Sequence record: SRR2962707_3069
Length of the DNA stretch: 42,640 bases
Direction: 5' to 3' (one strand)
Of the stretch, positions 1-9,324 are shown piece after piece; the stretch's first letter is position 1, and every line of letters starts with the position of its first letter. Below the pieces are notes generated by a model that saw nothing but the letters and a program-made list of their open reading frames with translations, was not told where the DNA came from and did no database searches. The translations under genes were made by a program, and so were the position numbers.

Positions 1-28
1 GTAGGTTCGAATCCTGCTACCCCAGCCA
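1..28 (+). tRNA. 3' part of a tRNA, most likely tRNA-Gln (truncated by window start)
   Basis: T-arm GTAGG-TTCGAAT-CCTGC, then acceptor 3' strand TACCCCA, discriminator G and encoded CCA. CCCCA-G-CCA fits the U1-A72/G73 identity of tRNA-Gln. The anticodon is not visible. Confidence 0.8.
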
Positions 29-150
29 TCATTTTCCAGCAATATCTCACGCCACATTACATCCATTTTCCTCCTTATTTCTCTGGATTTTGTTACACGA
101 AGACCTATAATGGAAGAAATTTGTCAATTTCTGATTTATGGATGTACGTT

Positions 151-828
151 ATGATGAAGCCAGCCCTACTTCTTACCACCGCCCTATTAGCAGGCACAGC
201 ACAAGCCGATATTTTAGGCCTGACTGCCGAGGTTGGTTCTTACTCACCCAGCGCCGATGATAGCTACATTTCAGACAGTGGCAGCAGCAAAAAATCAGCC
301 GACCTAGACGGTAAGAGCGGCACCTATTTTGGTATTGCTTTTGAGCACCCATTACCACTGATTCCAAATGTTCGCTTTCAAACCCTTGATCTGAAAGCAA
401 ACGGCAGCTCTGATGGAAAATCAGCCAAACTCGACCTTTCCCACCAAGACTACACGCTTTACTACGAATTTCTTGATGGCTTACTTTGGATCGATCTAGA
501 CGCAGGTCTTACCGTACGAAAATTTGACGGCTCAGTATCCCTTGATGGTGATAAATCCAACCTATCTGACTTCTACCCATTAGGCTATGTCGCTGGCTAC
601 GTAACCGTACCAGGCACGCGCTTATCTTTTGGTGGCGAAGTTAAAGCTGGCGGCTTTGATGGCTCCAGCATCACTGACACCACGCTTAAAGTAAAATACC
701 AAAGTCCTTTCTTGGTTGGACTTGAAGGCGGTTACCGCAAAATCGACCTAGACCTAGACGACATTGATGGAAAAGACATCAAAAGTGATTTCTCTGGTGT
801 GTTTGTCGGTGCCTTTATCGACTTCTAA
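151..828 (+). CDS. Outer-membrane beta-barrel protein (TIGR04219-like)
   Basis: Signal peptide ending AQA-D, EHPLPLIPNVR motif, alternating beta-strands and C-terminal Phe. Start moved to ATG 151/154; a TATAAT lies at 106-111. Confidence 0.75.
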   Translation: MMKPALLLTTALLAGTAQADILGLTAEVGSYSPSADDSYISDSGSSKKSADLDGKSGTYFGIAFEHPLPLIPNVRFQTLDLKANGSSDGKSAKLDLSHQDYTLYYEFLDGLLWIDLDAGLTVRKFDGSVSLDGDKSNLSDFYPLGYVAGYVTVPGTRLSFGGEVKAGGFDGSSITDTTLKVKYQSPFLVGLEGGYRKIDLDLDDIDGKDIKSDFSGVFVGAFIDF

Positions 829-853
829 TTCGCCATTAAGAGAACAAGAAAAC

Positions 854-892
854 AAAAAAGCCAGTATGACACATCGTCATACTGGCTTTTTT
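854..892. terminator. Bidirectional intrinsic terminator
   Basis: A-tract, GCCAGTATGAC-acatc-GTCATACTGGC, T-tract. Confidence 0.85.
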
Positions 893-925
893 CGTTCACC
901 CTTACAGAAAGCAATAAGCTTCCAT

Positions 926-955
926 AAAAAACTCACCGCTAGGGTGAGTTTTTTT
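926..955. terminator. Bidirectional intrinsic terminator (clpB side)
   Basis: A-tract, CTCACC stem pairing with GGTGAG, T-tract. Confidence 0.85.
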
Positions 956-976
956 ACGCCACAACAAGCACTGAGA

Positions 977-3559
977 TCACTGGGCTTTTTTAAACACTAT
1001 TTGCTCATCCTCCACCTCAGCAAGAATATTGTCGCCCGACACAAAACCACCGGACAGCAGCTGATTGGCCAATGGGTTTTCAATCCATTGCTGTATAGCA
1101 CGTTTCAATGGGCGCGCCCCATACACAGGATCATAACCCACCTCAGCCAATTGATCCGATGCGGCCTCACTCAAGCTCAATGTCATGCCAAGCTCAGCCA
1201 AACGATCATTCAAATGCGCAAGCTGGATCTTAGCAATGCCTTTTATTTGTGACTGCATTAATGGGTGGAAGACCACGGTTTCATCAATACGGTTAATAAA
1301 CTCAGGTCTAAAGTGCATACCCACCACTTCCATCACCTTAGCTTTAATGTCTTCGTATTGATCGTTCGAACGGTACTCTTGTATCACGTCAGACCCTAGG
1401 TTTGAGGTCATCACTATCACAGTGTTTCTAAAATCGACTGTGCGCCCCTGTCCGTCGGTTAAACGACCATCATCAAGCACTTGCAGCAAAATATTAAACA
1501 CATCAGGGTGAGCCTTCTCTATTTCATCCAACAACAACACAGAGTAAGGACGTCGTCTAACCGCTTCCGTTAAATAACCGCCTTCTTCATAGCCAACATA
1601 ACCTGGAGGCGCACCAATCAAACGCGCAACAGAGTGCTTCTCCATAAACTCAGACATGTCGATTCTCACCATCGCCTGGTCGGTATCAAACAAGAACCTA
1701 GCCAATGACTTACACAACTCAGTCTTACCGACACCTGTAGGGCCTAAGAAGAGAAATGAGCCATTAGGGCGGTTAGGATCAGCCAACCCTGAACGAGAGC
1801 GTCTTACTGCATTAGAGACCGCCTGAACCGCTTCGTCTTGACCAATAACAGACTCATGCAAGGCGTCTTCCATGCGCAACAATCGATCGCGATCCCCTTC
1901 CAGCATTTTTTCCATTGGAATGCCGGTCCAGCGAGCCACCACAGTCGCTATTTCTTCTTCGGTCACACGATTCTTTAACAGCGTCATCTGCGTTTCTTCT
2001 TCCGCTTTACCCGCTTTTTCAATCTCAGCTTCCAACATAGGAATGACCCCATATTGCAACTCTGACATTTTGGCTAAATTACCATTACGACGCGCTTCTT
2101 CCATCTCTTGCTTAACCGATTCCAACTCTTCTTTTAACTTTTGAGCGCCTTGCAAAGCGGCTTTTTCCGCATTCCAAATTTCCTCGAAATCAGAATACTG
2201 CTTTTGCAAGTCGTCAATTTCGCTCTCTAGCTCACCCAAACGCACCTTGGATGCTCGATCTGTTTCTTTCTTAAGCGCTTCTTTTTCAATTTTGAGCTGA
2301 ATTAGACGTCGCTCTAGACGGTCCATATTTTCAGGCTTAGAGTCCATCTCCATGCGAATACGACTGGCTGCCTCATCAATCAAATCAATCGCCTTATCCG
2401 GCAATTGACGATCGGTAATATAGCGCTGCGACAACTTAGCCGCGGCGATAATGGCCGAATCAGTAATATCTACCCCATGGTGGACCTCGTAGCGCTCTTT
2501 TAAACCACGTAATATGGCAATCGAATCCAACACACTAGGTTCTTCGACCAATACTTTCTGGAAGCGACGCTCTAATGCAGCGTCTTTCTCAATGTACTGA
2601 CGATACTCATCTAATGTGGTTGCCCCGACACAATGAAGCTCACCACGTGCCAGCGCAGGTTTCAGCATGTTGCCCGCATCCATAGAGCCTTCAGACTTGC
2701 CCGCCCCTACCATGGTATGGATCTCATCAATAAACAGAATAATTTGCCCTTCTTGCTTAGACAATTCACTCAACACCGCCTTGAGGCGCTCTTCAAATTC
2801 ACCACGATATTTAGCGCCAGCAATCAAGGAGCCCATATCAAGCGAAAGCACTCGCTTATTCTTAAGGCCCTCAGGCACTTCACCATTGATAATCCGTTGC
2901 GCTAAACCTTCTACAATGGCGGTTTTACCGACACCAGGCTCACCAATTAACACAGGGTTATTTTTACGACGACGTTGTAAAACTTGAATCGTACGGCGAA
3001 TTTCATCGTCTCGACCAATCACAGGATCAAGCTTACCTTCGGCTGCCTTGGTCGTCAGATCAACCGTATATTTATCCAACGCTTGTCGATTTTCCTCGGC
3101 ATTCGGATCATTAACAGACTCACCACCACGCACACTGTCAATCACAGAAGCGATGTCCGCCTTGGTAACACCCGTCGCCTTTAGCGTCTTGGCCACATCG
3201 TCTTTGCCATCAAACATGGCCATCAGAACCAGTTCAGATGAAATAAATTGATCTTTACGCTTTTGCGCTTCTTTATCTGCAAGGTTCATTAGACGCCCTA
3301 ATTCAGGCGACATTTGAACATTACCGTCATGGTCATTAACCTTAGGCAAGCGATCTAAGAGCGCGTCTAGACTGTCACGGAATTTAGCAACCTGAACCCC
3401 AGCTTGCTGTAGAATAGGACGAGTACTACCACCTTGCTGATCCAGCAAAGCCATGAGTAAATGAAGGGACTCGATATAAGAATGATCCTGACCCAGCGCG
3501 ATTGACTGCGCATCAGACAGAGCCATCTGAAGCTTACTTGTTAAACGCTCGATTCGCAT
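977..3559 (-). CDS. clpB: ATP-dependent disaggregase ClpB
   Basis: Two AAA+ modules ([16 protein letters not shown]), coiled-coil M domain, GYVGYEEG pore loop, 860 aa, AAGGAGG RBS. Confidence 0.98.
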   Translation of the reverse strand: MRIERLTSKLQMALSDAQSIALGQDHSYIESLHLLMALLDQQGGSTRPILQQAGVQVAKFRDSLDALLDRLPKVNDHDGNVQMSPELGRLMNLADKEAQKRKDQFISSELVLMAMFDGKDDVAKTLKATGVTKADIASVIDSVRGGESVNDPNAEENRQALDKYTVDLTTKAAEGKLDPVIGRDDEIRRTIQVLQRRRKNNPVLIGEPGVGKTAIVEGLAQRIINGEVPEGLKNKRVLSLDMGSLIAGAKYRGEFEERLKAVLSELSKQEGQIILFIDEIHTMVGAGKSEGSMDAGNMLKPALARGELHCVGATTLDEYRQYIEKDAALERRFQKVLVEEPSVLDSIAILRGLKERYEVHHGVDITDSAIIAAAKLSQRYITDRQLPDKAIDLIDEAASRIRMEMDSKPENMDRLERRLIQLKIEKEALKKETDRASKVRLGELESEIDDLQKQYSDFEEIWNAEKAALQGAQKLKEELESVKQEMEEARRNGNLAKMSELQYGVIPMLEAEIEKAGKAEEETQMTLLKNRVTEEEIATVVARWTGIPMEKMLEGDRDRLLRMEDALHESVIGQDEAVQAVSNAVRRSRSGLADPNRPNGSFLFLGPTGVGKTELCKSLARFLFDTDQAMVRIDMSEFMEKHSVARLIGAPPGYVGYEEGGYLTEAVRRRPYSVLLLDEIEKAHPDVFNILLQVLDDGRLTDGQGRTVDFRNTVIVMTSNLGSDVIQEYRSNDQYEDIKAKVMEVVGMHFRPEFINRIDETVVFHPLMQSQIKGIAKIQLAHLNDRLAELGMTLSLSEAASDQLAEVGYDPVYGARPLKRAIQQWIENPLANQLLSGGFVSGDNILAEVEDEQIVFKKAQ

Positions 3560-3603
3560 TTTGACCTCCTTGAAAAAGGGAAATATCTCTTGTTACTCAT
3601 TTA

Positions 3604-3628
3604 ATAAGTCCACTTATCCCCTTTTCAA
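3604..3628 (-). promoter_or_regulatory. Putative sigma32 (RpoH) promoter of clpB
   Basis: Minus strand TTGAAA-N13-ACTTAT versus consensus TTGAAA-N13/14-CCCCAT. The -10 is degenerate. Confidence 0.5.
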
Positions 3629-3672
3629 TGGACGAGTGTCATTTTATTGACACCCATCAATAAAACCACAAT

Positions 3673-4440
3673 CTACTCCCCTCCCTCCTCTTCAATTCTT
3701 TTCTCAAACCAAATAACAGAAGCCATTCTTCCTGTTTTTCCAGAGCGGCGATAAGAGAAGAAATCGTCTTCGTTTTGATAGGTACAAAAATCCCCACCAT
3801 ACACTTCCGTTACTCCGTGAGCCGCCAGTCTTTGCTTTGCCAGCAAATAAAGGCTTCCTAGCCACTTTCCATTTCCCTTCGACACAAAAGCCGCTTCTGC
3901 TTCAGCTTGCTGCCCAATGAATGCTTGCCTTACTTCGCCGCCCACTTCAAAAGCGGCCGGCCCAATAGCAGGCCCTAACCAGACTAAAATCTCATCAGAA
4001 TCATTAAAGTGCGCGAGCGTTTCCTCCAACACACCAAAGCACAAGCTACGCCAGCCCGCATGGGCAACCGCCACTTGAGAGCCTTGCTTATTACAGAAAA
4101 AAACCGGCAAGCAATCCGCTGTTAATACTGCACACACCTGGTTTTCCTGCTGCGTCACTGCGCCATCTGCTTCTATGAGCGGCTGAACACTCGGCAAGGC
4201 GACCACATGAGTACCGTGCACTTGATTCAACCAAACCAAGCTATCAGGCATATCAACACGAGAAGAGAATAAGCGTCGATTCGCCAGCACATCAGCCTCA
4301 CTATCGCCAACATGCGCACCTAAATTAAGCGACGTAAATTCCCCCTGGCTCACGCCACCCTGACGCGTTGAAGTGTATGCCTTCACATTGGCCGGCGCAG
4401 GCCAAGAAGCCACAATATGGGTTGGTGTCGATGCATCCAC
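3673..4440 (-). CDS. pgeF: Peptidoglycan editing factor / purine nucleoside phosphorylase PgeF (YfiH)
   Basis: QVHG, TADCLP, HAGWR and FFSYRR motifs. Start reassigned to GTG 4440, 8 nt after GGAGG. Confidence 0.93.
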   Translation of the reverse strand: MDASTPTHIVASWPAPANVKAYTSTRQGGVSQGEFTSLNLGAHVGDSEADVLANRRLFSSRVDMPDSLVWLNQVHGTHVVALPSVQPLIEADGAVTQQENQVCAVLTADCLPVFFCNKQGSQVAVAHAGWRSLCFGVLEETLAHFNDSDEILVWLGPAIGPAAFEVGGEVRQAFIGQQAEAEAAFVSKGNGKWLGSLYLLAKQRLAAHGVTEVYGGDFCTYQNEDDFFSYRRSGKTGRMASVIWFEKRIEEEGGE

Positions 4441-4467
4441 TAACTTAACCTCCAACAATCAACAGAC

Positions 4468-4492
4468 AATAAAAAAGCAGCTTTCGCTGCTT
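4468..4492 (-). terminator. Intrinsic terminator between rluD and pgeF
   Basis: Minus strand AAGCAGC-GAAA-GCTGC-TTTTTTATT directly after the rluD stop. Confidence 0.75.
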
Positions 4493-4497
4493 CTTTA

Positions 4498-5481
4498 TTA
4501 AAAATATTCGGAATCGTCACTGCCTGACTCTACCATATCCTTTTTCAAGGCATCCAGTAGTGACTGCATGTCTTCGGGAAGGTCTATTTCCCACTCCATC
4601 CAATCACCAGTAATAGGATGCGCTAGCTCTAATCGTTTCGCGTGCAATGCTTGACGACGAAAATGCCTCAACGAATCCTGCAGCTCTGGCGAGCAAGCTT
4701 TTGGCATTTTAAGGCGCCCACCGTATTGCGGGTCCCCTACCAATGGGTATTGAATAAACGACATATGAACACGAATTTGATGCGTTCGCCCAGTCTCAAG
4801 CTTAAGACGTATATGCGTGTGGTTTTTATAACGTTTCACCAAACGATAATGCGTTACCGCATCCTTACCATTAACTGGCTCAACCGCCATTTTTTGACGA
4901 TTATGAGGGTGACGACCAATTGGCTCATCCACGATACCACCGCCTGTCATCTCACCAATCGCAATCGCTTCGTACTCACGCCCCATGCTGCGCTCTTGCA
5001 ACTGAGCCACTAAGTCTGTTTGCGCTGCCAACGTTTTTGCAACCACCATCAGGCCGGTTGTCTCTTTATCGAGACGGTGCACAATACCTGCTCTAGGGAC
5101 ATGGGCCGTTTCTGGTGCATGGTGCAAAATAGCATTCATCAAGGTGCCATCTCGGTTTCCCACTGCTGGGTGAACCACTAAGCCTGCTGGCTTATTCACA
5201 ACAATAATATCGTCGTCTTCATAAACGATATCCAGCGGCATTTCTTGTGCCTCATGATCCGCCTGAGCCTCAAGAACCACGTTCAGAGTCACCACTTCGC
5301 CACCAAACAGCTTTTCTTTTGGCTTGGTGATTTTGCCATCAACGAGCAAGGTTCCTTCTTTGATCCATGTCTTGATTCTGGAACGGGAATAATCACTAAA
5401 TAGCTCAGTAGCTACTTGGTCAAATCGGTTACCACCTAAATCAAAAGGGACCTGGGCTTCTTTTACTATGCGCTCTGCCAT
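4498..5481 (-). CDS. rluD: 23S rRNA pseudouridine 1911/1915/1917 synthase
   Basis: S4 domain, HRLDKETTG, GRTHQIRVH, QALHA; conserved bamD-rluD-pgeF-clpB order. Confidence 0.97.
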   Translation of the reverse strand: MAERIVKEAQVPFDLGGNRFDQVATELFSDYSRSRIKTWIKEGTLLVDGKITKPKEKLFGGEVVTLNVVLEAQADHEAQEMPLDIVYEDDDIIVVNKPAGLVVHPAVGNRDGTLMNAILHHAPETAHVPRAGIVHRLDKETTGLMVVAKTLAAQTDLVAQLQERSMGREYEAIAIGEMTGGGIVDEPIGRHPHNRQKMAVEPVNGKDAVTHYRLVKRYKNHTHIRLKLETGRTHQIRVHMSFIQYPLVGDPQYGGRLKMPKACSPELQDSLRHFRRQALHAKRLELAHPITGDWMEWEIDLPEDMQSLLDALKKDMVESGSDDSEYF

Positions 5482-5639
5482 ACAATGTACTTTAATCTGT
5501 TGTTTTCAGACCTGTGATTTTATCATAAGATCTGAATGTGAAAAAACGTGTAGCATCTTGCCTTTTACTTTGATTTCGCAATAGAACGCTACAAAATGCC
5601 GATAGAGGCTAATTTACCACTTCAAGGTTTTGATTATAC

Positions 5640-6482
5640 ATGGGATTTAATCACTCGCTGCTCCGATTCGCAGGAATCGCCAGTTTTTCTTTACTTCTCG
5701 CCGCGTGTTCAAGTTCACAGGTTCAAGAACCTGACCTTCCAGAACATGCTTATTACGAAAAAGCGCAACAAGCGTTTGCAGAAGGTTTGCCGGCTACCGC
5801 CGCAAAAAACTTACAAGATTTGGACACGCGCTACCCATTCGGTGAATTTAGCACGCGCGCTGAGCTTGACCTAATTTATGCGCAATATGAATCGGGCGAT
5901 TATATTTCTGCTCACGCCACTGCAGAGCGCTTTATCAAAAACCACCCTGATCACGATGCCATCGATTATGCGTACTATATGCGAGCGCTATCGACCTACG
6001 TCGGCTCACAAAGCTTAATTCAACGCTATCTAGATATTGACCCAAGTAAAACAGACTCCAAAGAGCTGCAAAAAGCCTTTAGAGAAATGAGCGATTTCTT
6101 ATACCGCTACCCAACCAGCGATTATGCACCAGATGCAAAAGCCAGAATGATTTTCTTGCGTAACACCATAGCACGTCATGAATTGCAGGTTGCTCGATAC
6201 TACTTGAAACGTAAAGCTCCTCTTTCCGCTTTACGCCGCAGCCAAGCGGTAATCGAACACTACCCAAGCTCAACGTCTGTTGAAGAAGCGCTTGCCATTA
6301 GCATCCAGTCTTACAATGACCTGAAGCTAACTAACTTAGCACTGCTCAACCTATCAGTATTACAGAAGACCTACCCAGACTCGCCTCATATTAACGCTGA
6401 AGGCGACTTCATTCCGCTACCATTGCCAAGCGACGCCGATCCGAGTTTTTGGTACTGGGTTAGCTTTGGGTTAATCGACTAA
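5640..6482 (+). CDS. bamD: Outer membrane protein assembly factor BamD (lipoprotein)
   Basis: Lipobox LAAC, TPR repeats (YPFGEF, HPDHDAIDYAYY), divergent from rluD. Confidence 0.95.
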   Translation: MGFNHSLLRFAGIASFSLLLAACSSSQVQEPDLPEHAYYEKAQQAFAEGLPATAAKNLQDLDTRYPFGEFSTRAELDLIYAQYESGDYISAHATAERFIKNHPDHDAIDYAYYMRALSTYVGSQSLIQRYLDIDPSKTDSKELQKAFREMSDFLYRYPTSDYAPDAKARMIFLRNTIARHELQVARYYLKRKAPLSALRRSQAVIEHYPSSTSVEEALAISIQSYNDLKLTNLALLNLSVLQKTYPDSPHINAEGDFIPLPLPSDADPSFWYWVSFGLID

Positions 6483-6494
6483 CTTAAAAAAACC

Positions 6495-6533
6495 AAACAC
6501 CCACAGCGTGCAAATCCATGTTGTGGGTGCTTT
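6495..6533 (+). terminator. Terminator-like hairpin between convergent bamD and GST
   Basis: 13-bp stem CACCCACAGCGTG/CATGTTGTGGGTG. The G-U pairs favour the + strand; the T-run is short. Confidence 0.65.
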
Positions 6534-6536
6534 AGA

Positions 6537-7193
6537 TTAACGCGGAAAATACACAACCTCTTGCCCCTCCTCCCACGCTGGGTACTTTTTCATCACTTCA
6601 GAAAAAGATTCAGACATCAAGAAGCCTGATAACCACCCCTTAACTTTTTCGTACTTACTGGCGTTAAACCAGTCTGAATCCACCGCCGCAAATTGACGTA
6701 TAAAAGGAAAAAGACAAATGTCCGCCAAAGACATCTGATCACCCATTATAAAAGCCCGAGCACTAAGCCGCGCCTCTAAACGAGCTAAAAAAACCTCTCC
6801 TCGCGTTCGATAATATTGCTCTGGGAAATCAGGATGGCGATCTGCGTATTTATAACGATCCAACCAATACTTAAAAAAACGGTCGTTGTAATTCAACCAA
6901 GATACTATCTTCTGCTGAGCTGTTTTTTGTAGTGGCCACAGTGAAGCCGCTAAAGAATGATTTTCAGTTTGCGCCAGCGACCAAAATATAACATCCAGGC
7001 TTTGTGGCAAACGCTCACCATTTTGAGTGAGCAACTGGGGCACAGTGGAAGAACCACCTAAAGACAACAGAGCGTTAGGTTTTGCTTTTAACACCACTTC
7101 TCTTAGCTGCACTCGCACACCGAGAATAGCCAAACAATATCTCGCCCTTATTGCATAAGGACAACGACGAAAAGAATATAAAATAGGAAACAA
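6537..7193 (-). CDS. Glutathione S-transferase family protein
   Basis: LYSFRRCPYA N-terminal motif, TVPQL cis-Pro loop, SLADI..FPFIRQF C-domain. Confidence 0.88.
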   Translation of the reverse strand: MFPILYSFRRCPYAIRARYCLAILGVRVQLREVVLKAKPNALLSLGGSSTVPQLLTQNGERLPQSLDVIFWSLAQTENHSLAASLWPLQKTAQQKIVSWLNYNDRFFKYWLDRYKYADRHPDFPEQYYRTRGEVFLARLEARLSARAFIMGDQMSLADICLFPFIRQFAAVDSDWFNASKYEKVKGWLSGFLMSESFSEVMKKYPAWEEGQEVVYFPR

Positions 7194-7253
7194 AACTTAC
7201 TCTCAAACCAATAAACAAGATTAAGGTTTGAATATACAGCAAAAGACAGGCAT

Positions 7254-7281
7254 AAAAAAACCACGCAAGAGCATGGCTTTT
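7254..7281 (-). terminator. Intrinsic terminator of the first csp gene
   Basis: Minus strand GCCATGC-TCTT-GCGTGG followed by T7. Confidence 0.75.
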
Positions 7282-7320
7282 AAAGGTCATAAAGACCCAT
7301 TTTTCACTTAAGCAATTTGC

Positions 7321-7533
7321 TTAGATGACGGTAACATTTTCGGCTTGAGGGCCTTTTTGACCTTGAGTCACTTCAAAAGAGACTTTTTGACCTTCTGCTA
7401 GTGTTTTACGACCAGTACCGTTAATTGCACGAAAATGAACAAAAACATCTGGGCCACCTTCACGCTCAATGAAACCAAAACCTTTTTCATCATTAAACCA
7501 TTTCACAATTCCGGATACTAATTGACCTGACAT
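7321..7533 (-). CDS. Cold-shock protein (CspA family), 70 aa
   Basis: RNP1 KGFGFI, RNP2 VFVHF. Start moved to ATG 7533 after a GAGG RBS. Confidence 0.96.
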   Translation of the reverse strand: MSGQLVSGIVKWFNDEKGFGFIEREGGPDVFVHFRAINGTGRKTLAEGQKVSFEVTQGQKGPQAENVTVI

Positions 7534-7670
7534 ACAAACCTCATTTCTTTTTATACTGCTATTCATACAGCAATCGATTAAAACACTAAAAGATCACATT
7601 CTTTTAGTCGTCCTCTGAAGTACTCAATATATTTCCATATATATGGTTTTAAAAACATACTGACCCTTCG

Positions 7671-7699
7671 ATAATATGTCGTAGAAAAACAAATGTGAA
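7671..7699 (-). promoter_or_regulatory. Putative sigma70 promoter of the first csp gene
   Basis: TTCACA-N17-TATTAT on the minus strand. Confidence 0.6.
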
Positions 7700-7836
7700 G
7701 CCCATCAAGAGCATCTTTGTTAAAAAACGTAAATAATATAAAATAGACTGACCAGAAGCAGAAAAGATGCCCTATTTGGATTATCTTTTATAACCAAAAA
7801 AACATGTCTCCAATATAGATCACACAAGAAGAACTG

Positions 7837-8301
7837 ATGAAAATTTGGCTATTAACACACAGTGAAGAATTAAAAAAAGAAAGTGGCACAGGAAAACTAG
7901 TAAAGGAAATATTAACCGATCAATGTCACATAATCATATGGGCGAGAAAAGAACCTAATCAAGATTTATTAGCACTCGACCCTCTAAATACCGCCATTGT
8001 GTATTTAAAAAGCCCTACCTCATTAACCCTAGAAAAAGAAGAAGTTTGCCACCTGCAAAACATTATCATACTGGATGGAACCTGGCAGCAGGCCAGAAAA
8101 ATGTACAACCAATCCCCTTACTTAGCGCGCTTTCCACACTATGAAATCCAAGGAGAAAGCTCTGCTTACACTAAACGCAGAAATCAAAAAGAAGCCGGGC
8201 TTTGCACTGCAGAAGTGGCCATTCACCTACTAAAAGAAGCGAACGACCCTCAAACTAAAAAGCTTCAAGCGCGCTTTTCAGACTTTAATCTGTCACCTTA
8301 A
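7837..8301 (+). CDS. DTW-domain protein (tRNA aminocarboxypropyltransferase family), short form
   Basis: LLTHSEE..SGTGKL, ILDGTWQQARKM and LCTAE motifs. Confidence 0.85.
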   Translation: MKIWLLTHSEELKKESGTGKLVKEILTDQCHIIIWARKEPNQDLLALDPLNTAIVYLKSPTSLTLEKEEVCHLQNIIILDGTWQQARKMYNQSPYLARFPHYEIQGESSAYTKRRNQKEAGLCTAEVAIHLLKEANDPQTKKLQARFSDFNLSP

Positions 8302-9004
8302 CCGTGATATTCCCCAGCGCAGGAATACTCACTAGCATTTCATCGCCAACAACAACCGGCCCAACATTCTCCGGGGTACCCGTCATAATAAGATCCCCAG
8401 GGCGCAGCTCAAAAACCTCAGACAGTTTAACGATCACCTCTTCAATAGACCAAGTCAAATTCGCAATATTACTGCTTTGCTTCACCTGCCCATTGACCAA
8501 AAGGGAAATGTCGCTGGAAGCAATATTGTTAGCTAAATCAGTGGAGTAGAGCGTAATCGGGCCTATTGGCGCCGATTGATCGAAGGATTTCCCCACCTCC
8601 CAAGGGCGGCCTTTTTTCTTTGCCTGCCCCTGCAAGTCACGACGTGTCATATCCAAACCAATGGCATAACCCAACACAGCGTCTTTCGCCTGAGCAAGAG
8701 ACAAGTTCGCACCGCCTTTACCAATAGCCACCACTAACTCAGCCTCATATTCAAACTGAGAAGTGGCTATAGGGTAAGTAATGGCATTATTAGCATCATA
8801 GGAAACGGGCGTTACGCTCGCCGCATCTTTGCAAAAGAAGAAAGGAGGATCTCGATCAGGGTCATCGCCCATTTCTCGTGAATGGGCAGCGTAGTTACGC
8901 CCAACGCAATACACCCGACCAACAGGGAAAAACGCATCACTGTCATTGATTGGCAAGGAGACAGATGGCTGCTTTTCGACAATATACTTCATTTCATTCC
9001 TCAT
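8285..9004 (-). CDS. Fumarylacetoacetate hydrolase family protein
   Basis: CVGRNYAAH, YEAEL, DMTRRD, GKSFD and GDLIMTGTP motifs. The start may be ATG 8992. Confidence 0.92.
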   Translation of the reverse strand: MRNEMKYIVEKQPSVSLPINDSDAFFPVGRVYCVGRNYAAHSREMGDDPDRDPPFFFCKDAASVTPVSYDANNAITYPIATSQFEYEAELVVAIGKGGANLSLAQAKDAVLGYAIGLDMTRRDLQGQAKKKGRPWEVGKSFDQSAPIGPITLYSTDLANNIASSDISLLVNGQVKQSSNIANLTWSIEEVIVKLSEVFELRPGDLIMTGTPENVGPVVVGDEMLVSIPALGNITVKVTD

Positions 9005-9198
9005 ACTGTTAACGAGTAAATACCTTTATGAGGATATGAATAGCAAGCAGATTAGTAAAGCAGATTATAAGCAATGAAAGGTGTTTTGAAAAATAGTCAG
9101 TATTAAAACAGGAAAGGCAAGAAGCAAAAATAAAGACTTACTAACCTAGAAGAAATTAAAGTGAAGAAAAGGAAACCAAGAAAGAAAAACTATTCTAT

Positions 9199-9235
9199 AA
9201 AAAAATAAAGGCATCAGTGAACACCAATGTCTTTT
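9199..9235 (-). terminator. Second terminator-like hairpin downstream of the porin gene
   Basis: Minus strand AAGACATTGGTG..ACTGATGCCTTT followed by ATTTTTTT; the stem is imperfect. Confidence 0.55.
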
Positions 9236-9254
9236 TAAAATCATCCATTTCTTA

Positions 9255-9286
9255 TTACAAAATAAGGCTCCCTAAGGAGCCTTATT
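9255..9286 (-). terminator. Intrinsic terminator of the porin gene
   Basis: Perfect 11-bp stem AATAAGGCTCC/GGAGCCTTATT with a T-rich tail. Confidence 0.8.
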
Positions 9287-9324
9287 ATTAAGATATCACA
9301 TCACCTAACTAGGTAAAATGGATC

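Noticed and set aside
1..150. Integrative element at the tRNA 3' end
   Set aside because: No integrase follows, and I saw no second copy of the tRNA 3' end in the window.
854..955. CRISPR- or REP-like repeats
   Set aside because: The two hairpins differ in sequence and are ordinary terminators between convergent genes.
3113..3130. E. coli-type internal ClpB80 start at Val149
   Set aside because: Codon 149 is GTT rather than GTG, and the upstream sequence is GGTGGTGAG, so the internal start does not look conserved.
764..3251. Several + strand ORFs antisense to clpB, and similar shadow ORFs over rluD, ligA and the ccm genes
   Set aside because: They are antisense or alternate-frame to well-conserved genes, with no RBS or recognisable motifs.
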